A stretch of DNA of 40,275 nt from a virus (taxonomy: Duplodnaviria; Caudoviricetes): the IMG/VR virus record IMGVR_UViG_3300021344_000003, positions 1 through 40,275 of that record; one strand, written 5' to 3'. Within the stretch, counting starts at the first letter, position 1. The number at the start of each line of letters is the position of its first letter. The notes beneath the pieces were generated by a model. That model was not told the DNA's origin and made no database searches. It was given only the letters and a program-made list of their open reading frames with translations. This document shows positions 1-8,007 of this stretch, piece after piece. Made by a program: the position numbers and the translations under genes.

Positions 1-172
1 AAACGACCGCAAGCTCCGTTTGATCCTTTAACGAAATTAATGTCGGCAATCGACGCGCTGGAAGCCGTGACGGTGGAAGCGGAAACAAGACCCGTAATGG
101 ACGCACTGGAAGCGTTCAAGGGCCCATCAATCGTAACGACCGTTGAGCCTGCGCCGTTATCGCCGACCGACA
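1..172. repeat. Left copy of 172-bp terminal direct repeat (circular overlap, 3 mismatches)
   Basis: 1..172 matches 40104..40275 except at 4/40107 (C/T), 66/40169 (C/A) and 128/40231 (C/T). Confidence 0.95.
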
Positions 173-2960
173 TTCCGCCGCCCATATTACTGTAGATGGA
201 AACGACGGAACCAGGCTGTTGCGCGGCCAGGCGCAGGTTACCAGTTCCGCCGGAAGTGAACATTAAAGCCTGCTGAGCCACGCCATCAGCATCGCCTACG
301 CGAAATTCCTGAGAATCTATCTGCCTATTCCATGTGCCGCTATGATAGGTTTCTAATTGGTTTGATTTGTCGCTGTTCGATATCGTCAAGCCATTGGCCG
401 GCGAAACGATGGCGTTTCGCTGAGCCGTCGTCATGCGCGGCGGAAGGAGTCCTTTGCTCGTTGAATCGACCTGAAAAGCCGCGCTAGGGTCTTGCGCGCC
501 GCTCGTATTGATTCCCACGAGGCCGTTCACGGTCGCAGTCGCGCCGTTCCATTGGAAATTGGAAGAACCCGATAATGTGTTAGATGATCCAGTCGCGGAA
601 TAGTAGGGAACGCTGTATTGATCGGCAAGATTGTTCTTACCGGACCTAAAGAGCGCTGGAGAGTTCGGGTTGATTGTGATGTAAGCGGTTGATCCGGCCT
701 GGAATGCCGCGTCAAAATCCGCCGCGCTGAATTTCAGTATCCCTGTCCCGGAAGTGATTTGAACGTCGTCGCGGTATACCGAAAGAGCCGATACGGTCGA
801 AATGCCGCAGCCCGCCACGTTATTGATCTGTTCAAGAGTGACGTTAGTCCCATAGCGTCCTTCCGTAAAAGGCGGCGACAGGTCGATGTGAAAAGAGATG
901 GATGATCCGGCGACGGCATAAATGAGCATCGTCGATCCGACCGTCGCGCCGACACCCCCAACGTTCGCGCCTGTAGGTTGATCGCTAAAACCGTAGGCGT
1001 TGGTCCATCGGACGTATCCGGATAAATTCTGATTATTGGATATTTCGTCGACAGTTTCATACAGAATGTTCGTGAGGCGGTAAAAACCGCTGGAAGATAC
1101 CGACGACAAGAAAACCGAAAGTGACTCTGTTTGATTGGTAAAACCCTGCGAAAATAGGAGCGTCGAGCAGCCGGTAGAAACGCCGACGCCGCCCGTTCCG
1201 CTGACGCTTCCCCAGGCCACCCCATTAGAGGACGTAGAAGAAGAAATCAAAACCGCGCCGTTGGCTCCAGGCGCAAGCGTCGAATAATTACCACTCGCAA
1301 GACCGGTAACTAGAGTTCCTTTTGCCGGACTCTGCGGGACCGTCACATTGACGGGGGTTCCTGTGCCTGTAAGCACGTTACTGGGCGTAAAGGTCGCCAG
1401 GACAGCGTCTGAGATCTCATCCGGTATGGCCGCAAAGAAAAATACGTCCACAAGATCAGGACCTCCGAACGTCGCGCTGTTGATGAAGAAACTCCCTGAA
1501 GTCGAAACGCGGCTTACCGGCGTCGGACTGCTTGAAACTTTCACGCCATCCTTCCAAATCGACAGCCCCGCCGGTCCCGCCCGGAAGGCCCAAGCTTCAA
1601 TGTTCGTCGTGGGCGTGTATCCGTTCCAGGTAAGCTCATCGGCGATATCCCTGAACCGCCAGTAAACGATCCCGTCTGAATCCGGCATATGAGCCTGGCA
1701 GTAAGCATGGGGTGCGACAAAAGAAATTCCAAAACCGCAGGAAGCCCGCAGCGTCGAATCCGTCTTGCGGCGCACCATCAAGATCGTTTGTGAAGAAGTC
1801 GCTAGAAACAGCGATGAATCGCCTAAGCCCCAGTTGTCGCCAGTATCATCAGCCAGCCCCGCCGTGTTATTCAGATAAGTCGTCCATCCGGGCGTGCCGA
1901 CATTAGTGACAGGGGATGAAGTGTAATGCTCCACTGGCGCGCCGGTTCCTTCCGTAAAAAGAACTGCTCTATTGGGAGTAAAACCTTGAGCGGTTAAATA
2001 GGTCAAATAAGCGGCTCTTGGATCAACCGTTGCTGATGCAGGTTGATTTAAATGAAAACTATGAATATAGACTGCCGGAGGCGCGGTAAAAGTAATCGTT
2101 CCCCCATTTCGCAGATAGCCCTGCCCCTCAAAATAAGTCGCGCCATCCGAAACAATGAAAATCGGGATATATTGAACCGTAAAAGTCACGTTTGAACCAT
2201 TCACCGTGCCGGAAGGAATCTCCATTTGATAGCCAGATGTCTTGCTTGAAATTTGGAGCGTCGTCCAAGTTGGGACTCCACCGGCGCCTGATGTAAATAG
2301 TTGGCCTGAAGTTCCTTGAGAACCGTTTAAGACGACGTTGCTTGAAATGACGAGGGACCCATTTAGGGTGGCTGATGAAGAAACAGTAAGAGAAGGAATA
2401 GAGACGTTATTAGGCAATGAGAGCGTTATAGATCCATTACCATTGTCCACATTGATTTGATTGGTAGTTCCTGAAATGGTTTGTAAATTGAATCCGCCTC
2501 CAACCGTTCTTCCGATAGGAATCTGACCGGATGACATATGGGTAAAGCGGACTTGATGAATATTGCCTGCATCAACGACGCTTAAGAGCGCATTTCCCGC
2601 ATCGAATGTTTGCGGATAAGTCGAACCAGGAATGTCTAAGTTAAAATAACCTAAAGTGCCGGAAGAAACGTAGAACGTCGAGCCGCTTTGAAGGGTAGAA
2701 GTATTCTGGATGTAACTAGTCGAACCGCCCGCCAGAGAACCACCCCCGCCGCCACCGGAAGTGGCTAAGCTGGCAGTTCCGTCGCCGTTATCGGTAAGAC
2801 TGCCGTTAGTGACTTTGAGTTTCCAGGGGAAAGTGGAAGGCCCGCCGTCCTCTTCAGCGATGTTTAAACGGCTCGATACGGGAGCCCAGGCGGGAGATGC
2901 GGCGGCCAGACACAATAAGGCGGCAAGAACTCGTTTTATTGGCCATCTCAGTCGTTCCAT
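1..2960 (-). CDS. 5' part of giant Ser/Thr/Gly-rich tail fibre/adhesin (joins 38132..40103 across the junction, ~1643 aa)
   Basis: Not in ORF track because it runs off the edge. ATG at 2960 gives MERLRWPIKRVLAALLCLAAASPAWAPVSSRL...; frame is the same as the 38132..40222 ORF through the terminal repeat. Contains fibre-type motifs EIPSGTVNGSNVTFT and STSKGLLPPRMTTAQRNAI and a possible LamG-like segment (GLSIWKDGVKV). Confidence 0.85.
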   Translation of the reverse strand, partial: MERLRWPIKRVLAALLCLAAASPAWAPVSSRLNIAEEDGGPSTFPWKLKVTNGSLTDNGDGTASLATSGGGGGGSLAGGSTSYIQNTSTLQSGSTFYVSSGTLGYFNLDIPGSTYPQTFDAGNALLSVVDAGNIHQVRFTHMSSGQIPIGRTVGGGFNLQTISGTTNQINVDNGNGSITLSLPNNVSIPSLTVSSSATLNGSLVISSNVVLNGSQGTSGQLFTSGAGGVPTWTTLQISSKTSGYQMEIPSGTVNGSNVTFTVQYIPIFIVSDGATYFEGQGYLRNGGTITFTAPPAVYIHSFHLNQPASATVDPRAAYLTYLTAQGFTPNRAVLFTEGTGAPVEHYTSSPVTNVGTPGWTTYLNNTAGLADDTGDNWGLGDSSLFLATSSQTILMVRRKTDSTLRASCGFGISFVAPHAYCQAHMPDSDGIVYWRFRDIADELTWNGYTPTTNIEAWAFRAGPAGLSIWKDGVKVSSSPTPVSRVSTSGSFFINSATFGGPDLVDVFFFAAIPDEISDAVLATFTPSNVLTGTGTPVNVTVPQSPAKGTLVTGLASGNYSTLAPGANGAVLISSSTSSNGVAWGSVSGTGGVGVSTGCSTLLFSQGFTNQTESLSVFLSSVSSSGFYRLTNILYETVDEISNNQNLSGYVRWTNAYGFSDQPTGANVGGVGATVGSTMLIYAVAGSSISFHIDLSPPFTEGRYGTNVTLEQINNVAGCGISTVSALSVYRDDVQITSGTGILKFSAADFDAAFQAGSTAYITINPNSPALFRSGKNNLADQYSVPYYSATGSSNTLSGSSNFQWNGATATVNGLVGINTSGAQDPSAAFQVDSTSKGLLPPRMTTAQRNAIVSPANGLTISNSDKSNQLETYHSGTWNRQIDSQEFRVGDADGVAQQALMFTSGGTGNLRLAAQQPGSVVSIYSNMGGGMSVGDNGAGSTVVTIDGPLNASSASITGLVSASTVTASSASIADINFVKGSNGACGR

Positions 2961-3226
2961 GTTAAATACCTGACATCCTGAGTCCCTGACGCCGCAATGC
3001 CGTAAATGGCCGTCTTGCGTGAAACGAACATTCCTTGCAACTCCAAGCTGGCTTGCGGAAGAACGGGAATCCCGTTGGAAGTCGTTACGGAAGCGTCGAA
3101 GCCGATATAGACGATGGCCGTTCCGTTGTTGTAGATCAAGACGTTTCGCCGCTGGGAGAGGTTGGCGATAATCGCCGTCCCACCAGCCGTGGAAACTACC
3201 GATACCGATCCATAATTATCAGCCAT
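2948..3226 (-). CDS. Small beta-rich virion protein
   Basis: 92 aa, RRNVLIYNNGTAIVYIG pattern typical of small phage beta-sandwich proteins; lies between the two fibre genes. Confidence 0.6.
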   Translation of the reverse strand: MADNYGSVSVVSTAGGTAIIANLSQRRNVLIYNNGTAIVYIGFDASVTTSNGIPVLPQASLELQGMFVSRKTAIYGIAASGTQDVRYLTWND

Positions 3227-3229
3227 AAT

Positions 3230-3952
3230 TTATTGGCACGCCGTCGTCCTTAAACTGGTCCTGGCCCATTTTGCCGTCACCGATTGAGTGCTGATGCAAA
3301 CAGCGTCCGTCACGCAATTAGAACAATAGTACTCCTGACCGACAGCCGTCGGAGTGCTGGCCGCTAATTGCGCTAGAGTTTTTGAAGCAAGCTGAAAATA
3401 TCCGCTTAATACGGCGGTCGAAATCGTGGCCATAGGCGCCGTTAATGGATAAAAAAAGCTCGCGCCGGAAGTATTATCAAAATTAGCTATGAGACTTTGC
3501 TCTCCATTATTAGTCGTAGAAGTTTTGATCGAAAATGCCCCGCCTAGTTCGGCGGAAACAACTTCAATCTGCGCCGAACCACGGTTCGGATTATTGTAAA
3601 TACCGGTTGTTGGGTCCATGTTTGTCGCAAAATAAAGCCTGGCTCCTCCAACGCCATTATTGATTGCAAGAAAGTTTTTTTCACCGTAAACCGCGTCAGT
3701 GATAGTTATGATTCTCGATAGTGCAGCCGTTGGATTCAGGACTAACTCGCTGAACGTGCCGCTAGAGGAAATTAAGGTAAACGAAGAGTCAATGATATCA
3801 AAAGCCGCTCTCAGCGTCGGTCCCCATCCCGTATCGCCGTCACCGGGCTTGGGAATCCCGGCGTTGGTCGTGTAGGTTGTCGCCGCGCTGCACTTGCGAA
3901 AGTTCAGCAGTAGCGGAATAAACAGCAGTACAAACAGCCATCGTTTTTTCAT
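3230..3952 (-). CDS. Short tail fibre/spike-like protein with N-terminal signal peptide
   Basis: MKKRWLFVLLFIPLLLNFRKCSA followed by TTYTTNAGIPKPGDGDTGWGPTLRAAFDIIDS, resembling a phage fibre N-terminal anchor; shares a ~105-aa domain with the giant fibre. Confidence 0.65.
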   Translation of the reverse strand: MKKRWLFVLLFIPLLLNFRKCSAATTYTTNAGIPKPGDGDTGWGPTLRAAFDIIDSSFTLISSSGTFSELVLNPTAALSRIITITDAVYGEKNFLAINNGVGGARLYFATNMDPTTGIYNNPNRGSAQIEVVSAELGGAFSIKTSTTNNGEQSLIANFDNTSGASFFYPLTAPMATISTAVLSGYFQLASKTLAQLAASTPTAVGQEYYCSNCVTDAVCISTQSVTAKWARTSLRTTACQ

Positions 3953-4690
3953 TTAGTTTTCAGCCTCATTCCCGCAAATGACTTTCTCAACGATATGCCC
4001 GACCATGATTTTCGGGTTGCAGATGACTTTTGCGCCAGCCATGTAGAGTTTGGAACACATCCGCATATCTTCGCTGTGCCCATAAAATGTAGCGTCACCC
4101 GTCGAATACTGGTTCGTGTAAGCGAAAAACGGCTGCACTAAATTCTTCAAGATTTCAGTCCTGAACAAAACGCATCCGAACCCGAAAACGTGGACCGGCT
4201 GAACTACATCGAAGTATTGAAGATGCTTGAAAAAAAGCGTCTGCTGCCCGTCCGGCGCGATGAATCCCTGCTCTTTCAGCGATCCGCGCTTCAGTTCAAT
4301 ATCTTTCGACCATGGGCTGTACTTCCCGACAACCGCCCGGTGCGGATAGGTTTTGGTAAAATAGAGCCCGGTACAAGCGGACGCATCGGGATATTCCTCC
4401 AAAGTCGCCAGCAAATCCAAAAGCGTCGTCTTTTTGAATACCTGGTCCATGTCGCAGCACATCAGGAAATCGGCTTGATATTTGTTGGAAAGAGCCAGGT
4501 TAAAAGCATCATTTCTATTCAAGTCCATAGGAAATTTGTCATGAATCAAGAATTTCAACTTTACCCCTTTTTCTGCCAGTTTTTCCTGCGTTTCCGGGCC
4601 AGTCATATCAAGGAACGACCGGAATACGCGGCTCGAAATCGAAGTGAAAGTGAGCGGCGCGTAAACAAGCAGGATTTTAGGTTCATCCAT
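3953..4690 (-). CDS. Glycosyltransferase, GT-A fold (GT2-like)
   Basis: RN motif (LNRNDAF), DxD motif (FLMCCDMDQ), GFGCVLF and SED motif near the C-terminus. Confidence 0.8.
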   Translation of the reverse strand: MDEPKILLVYAPLTFTSISSRVFRSFLDMTGPETQEKLAEKGVKLKFLIHDKFPMDLNRNDAFNLALSNKYQADFLMCCDMDQVFKKTTLLDLLATLEEYPDASACTGLYFTKTYPHRAVVGKYSPWSKDIELKRGSLKEQGFIAPDGQQTLFFKHLQYFDVVQPVHVFGFGCVLFRTEILKNLVQPFFAYTNQYSTGDATFYGHSEDMRMCSKLYMAGAKVICNPKIMVGHIVEKVICGNEAEN

Positions 4691-4702
4691 GATTCCAATA
4701 GT

Positions 4703-5797
4703 TCATTGATTTTGCGCCTCCTGCGTCTGGAATGAAGAATAAAGTCCCCTGGCCAAAGCTCGCTGTTGTTCTGGTCCAAGCTTCGGAAGAAGCTTTGATA
4801 ACGATCCCGAAAGAGCCGAAACAAAACCAGAAAAAGCGGGAGACTGCGCGGCAAATGCAGCGATAGCTTTTCCAAAATCACCGTGTCCGGCAAAAACCGC
4901 CGTAGAAAGATCAAACATGATTCCCAATTTTGAAGGCTGATCCGGGTTGCTCTTATTTACGCGGATCGGTTGAAGCATTTGAGATTTCAATTTGGCAGCA
5001 GCATATTGATCGCTCGCTTGCTTCATTTCGGGAGCCGTTTTGTCCAAAATATCATTCATCTCATTTCTAAATTGCGATAAAGTCCCCCGGCGCACCGCTT
5101 GTTTTGCCGTATCAGCAGGAAATACCGTATCCGCTGCCTGCCGTGCCATCAAAGCGTCTTTAGCCGATATTTCTTCGCCTTTAAGCCATGCCGTCATGAC
5201 ATCCGTCAATTTCTCAGTCGCCGCTCCATTCGGATTAGTCACCATCCTGGCCTGCTCTTCCGGCGTAAGAGCTTGGCCTAACAATTTGAACTTCTCGGCC
5301 CCGAACTTAGCCCCCGCTTCTTCAAGAGAAGAAGCTCCATAGGCAGGCAATCCTTTTTGGAACATACGGCGGAAATTCTGCGCCGGGCTGCCTGTTAAAC
5401 CTTCCGCGAATTTAGCGAAAGGAATTTTTGAAACCGCTTTCGCTGCGGCAGGCAAAGCGCGTCCCGCCGCTTCCATCATCGCGCCTTCTTTTAAAGATTC
5501 TGGCAAAGCCATTTCCGTTGGATTAAGCCCCATTATTCGATCTATCACATTAGCGGCTTCGTGGGCAGAAGGATAAGAAGCAATAGCCAAAGCAGGACCT
5601 GCCGCGGCCGAAGCAAGAGGCCCGGCGGGAGCCGCCATGGTCGCGCCCGCTAGCCCTGCTAATCCCATTGTGCCGCTTTCAATAACTGGATGAACCACAT
5701 ATTTTGAAACGCGAGAAGGCCAAGGATTGGGCTCATCAAGATATTCAATTCTTGATCCGGTTTCGGCTGGAGCTTCATCAAGATAAGTGATCGCCAT
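4703..5797 (-). CDS. Probable internal virion/DNA ejection protein
   Basis: 364 aa, Ala/Gly-rich helical, hydrophobic GLAGLAGATMAAPAGPLA stretch; downstream of the nozzle as in podoviruses. Confidence 0.5.
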   Translation of the reverse strand: MAITYLDEAPAETGSRIEYLDEPNPWPSRVSKYVVHPVIESGTMGLAGLAGATMAAPAGPLASAAAGPALAIASYPSAHEAANVIDRIMGLNPTEMALPESLKEGAMMEAAGRALPAAAKAVSKIPFAKFAEGLTGSPAQNFRRMFQKGLPAYGASSLEEAGAKFGAEKFKLLGQALTPEEQARMVTNPNGAATEKLTDVMTAWLKGEEISAKDALMARQAADTVFPADTAKQAVRRGTLSQFRNEMNDILDKTAPEMKQASDQYAAAKLKSQMLQPIRVNKSNPDQPSKLGIMFDLSTAVFAGHGDFGKAIAAFAAQSPAFSGFVSALSGSLSKLLPKLGPEQQRALARGLYSSFQTQEAQNQ

Positions 5798-6868
5798 TTA
5801 ATGAATGATCGCCTTTCGCCCAGCAATGATCGCCGGACCTTTATAGCCGGAAGCTTCCGCTTCTTGCGCCGAAGAAAAACTACGCTGCGCAGGAAAACCG
5901 CTGGGATTAGATACTAACGGATTTTGATTGGCCCCACGAACGGAAGCCGCCAAGGAAGGATTTATGTTTTGAAGTTGCTCTATGGCGGGTTTGCCAAATT
6001 GCGATGCCGTTTGAATCAGACCCTGATTGACTTCTTTCTCCCTTTGCAGGAGTCCTCCTAGTTCGCCGGTAAAGCCGGTAAAATCAACCGGAGCCGATTC
6101 GTTTGAAAGATATTCCGTAAAATTCCCGAATCTGCCGCGAAGTGTTTGGGGGATATAAAGGCTCAAAGCCTCATTCGTTAATACGCCCGTCGGATTGATG
6201 GACCGTCCGACAGCAGCCGCCAATTCCGTTCGCTGACGAATTGTGGCGCCTCCTCCCTGAGACTGAATCTGAGAAAGGATCTGCTGGGCCCGATTGATGT
6301 TGGCCAGCCTTCCGAACGAATCTTTTGCCGCACTCTGAACCATCCCGGCCTGGCTGTACCGCATCGCCGTATTAAGCACGGCGTTTTGGACGCCCGCTTG
6401 CCTGGCGCCGACCAGCCCAGCCAAATTCTCGTTGCGCGTTTCGCCGAGCCTGCGAGAAATGTCCATTTGTCCGACTTGCCGGGGAATCGGTTTGCCGCCG
6501 TATGATTTAATGACATCTTCGCTGACCCCGGTCGCTTTAGCTTGTTCAGGAAGAAGAAAATTCACTTCCGGTTGATTCGCTCTTTTGATAGACCCGAGTC
6601 CTGTCAATAATTTGGCGACAGGTTCAAATTGCTCCTGAGTTAAATTGCCGTACCCTTCCGTTCCTTGCGGCAAGTTGGGACCCAGCATTTGAAAAAGCGT
6701 CTGCTGCGCCAACTTACGCTGGCGCAGTTTATCGGCAATATCGGAACCGCCCAAATAGCCTTGCAAGGCCTGATTAGGAATATCCAGAGCCGCCGTAGCC
6801 GCCTTATAAGCCCCGGAAGGCTGGCTTAAAGCCTGCGCCAAAAGCTCAAAAAGACGCTCGTTAGCCAT
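5798..6868 (-). CDS. Probable internal virion/DNA ejection protein
   Basis: 356 aa, Gln/Ala/Gly-rich; abuts both neighbours; synteny. Confidence 0.5.
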   Translation of the reverse strand: MANERLFELLAQALSQPSGAYKAATAALDIPNQALQGYLGGSDIADKLRQRKLAQQTLFQMLGPNLPQGTEGYGNLTQEQFEPVAKLLTGLGSIKRANQPEVNFLLPEQAKATGVSEDVIKSYGGKPIPRQVGQMDISRRLGETRNENLAGLVGARQAGVQNAVLNTAMRYSQAGMVQSAAKDSFGRLANINRAQQILSQIQSQGGGATIRQRTELAAAVGRSINPTGVLTNEALSLYIPQTLRGRFGNFTEYLSNESAPVDFTGFTGELGGLLQREKEVNQGLIQTASQFGKPAIEQLQNINPSLAASVRGANQNPLVSNPSGFPAQRSFSSAQEAEASGYKGPAIIAGRKAIIH

Positions 6869-7320
6869 TAGACGTTCCCATAGACATTCGCAAGCGGATC
6901 TGTCGGTTGATGCAATGCGGAATATAAAGCATATCCTTGAGCACCCGCTTTGGCTCCGCCGCCAAGGCCAGCCAAAACCTGTTGAAGAATAGACGGGCTC
7001 ATGAGATCCCCAATTTGCCTTACCAATGCAAGATTGCGCTGGTGTTCCTGCTGCTTACGGACCTCGTCCAACGAAGCCCCGCCTAAAGCCCCAGCCAACG
7101 TGTCCTCAAGGCCCCTGGAAGCAATCCCGCCTGACCTGGCAAGCTCTTGGGGCGCATATTGGCCTTGAACGCGCCCGGAGGCCTTTGAGCTTGCAGTTTG
7201 ACGTGTTCCTATGCGTTGCAGGATGCCTTGCAAGTTGTTTTGGCCCTGCGTATTGATCTGCTGTAACGGATCACGCAACTGGTCGATAAGTTTTACGCCG
7301 CCCGCTCCAAGAAAAGCCAC
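6868..7320 (-). CDS. Probable small ejection/pilot protein
   Basis: 150 aa, Gly/Ala/Gln-rich; GTG start with GGAGG upstream. Confidence 0.45.
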   Translation of the reverse strand: MAFLGAGGVKLIDQLRDPLQQINTQGQNNLQGILQRIGTRQTASSKASGRVQGQYAPQELARSGGIASRGLEDTLAGALGGASLDEVRKQQEHQRNLALVRQIGDLMSPSILQQVLAGLGGGAKAGAQGYALYSALHQPTDPLANVYGNV

Positions 7321-7330
7321 TTGATGCCTC

Positions 7331-7738
7331 CTATAATAATGCCGCTATCCCGGCCCCTATGCCGGCAACATTGCCGGCTACTCCCAAAGCGCCTAACGCT
7401 TCTTGAAGTGGACTAGCCTTCTGAATCTCAGCTAAAAGACGAGCCAATTCAGCTTGTCTTTGAGCGTCCTGCTGGGACGCGTAATCCTGCAAAGGAACCT
7501 GGCCTAATTCGTATGCCAAAGCGTTCTGGACTTGCCCTAAGGCGCCCGTTTCTCCGGTATTAATGTCCCCGGCCTCATAATTGTAAACGCCAGAACCCAA
7601 ACGACCGCCATGTGCCGCTTGAGCAACCGACTGGCGGCGTTTGCGGGCGTAGAGATTTTCGATATTGAGGTTCGCCGTTTCAGCTTGACCTCGAAGAGCA
7701 TCTTCCAGCGTGCCGGTTCCTGAATCAAGAAAGGACAT
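7331..7738 (-). CDS. Probable small ejection/pilot protein
   Basis: 135 aa with glycine-zipper-like hydrophobic C-terminus (LGALGVAGNVAGIGAGIAALL); AAAGGGG RBS. Confidence 0.5.
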   Translation of the reverse strand: MSFLDSGTGTLEDALRGQAETANLNIENLYARKRRQSVAQAAHGGRLGSGVYNYEAGDINTGETGALGQVQNALAYELGQVPLQDYASQQDAQRQAELARLLAEIQKASPLQEALGALGVAGNVAGIGAGIAALL

Positions 7739-7767
7739 TTATTCCCCTTTCGGCTAAACTCAATAAA

Positions 7768-8007
7768 CTAGCTAAACTGCACATATTTGATCAACCCTCC
7801 CGAATTCGTATATAGCCGGTTCAATGTCTGGTCATAAACGAACGTCAGTTCCGGCAAATCTTTCAAGAGCGGCGGGCTCGTCAAGCTCGGACGAACGTGA
7901 TTTTCCACAAGCCACTTAAAAATTCCAGAAATATCCCCGAAGGTTGCTGGTTCATTAGCGTACGCGCCACTTCTCAGTGTCGGAGGTTTCGGGATAGCGG
8001 TTGTCAT
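7768..8007 (-). CDS. Hypothetical virion-associated protein
   Basis: 79 aa, ATGA-coupled to the nozzle gene. Confidence 0.6.
   Translation of the reverse strand: MTTAIPKPPTLRSGAYANEPATFGDISGIFKWLVENHVRPSLTSPPLLKDLPELTFVYDQTLNRLYTNSGGLIKYVQFS

Noticed and set aside
527-2973. Short ORF-track calls in the first 3 kb
   Set aside because: Shadows of the long minus-strand fibre ORF that runs off the window edge.
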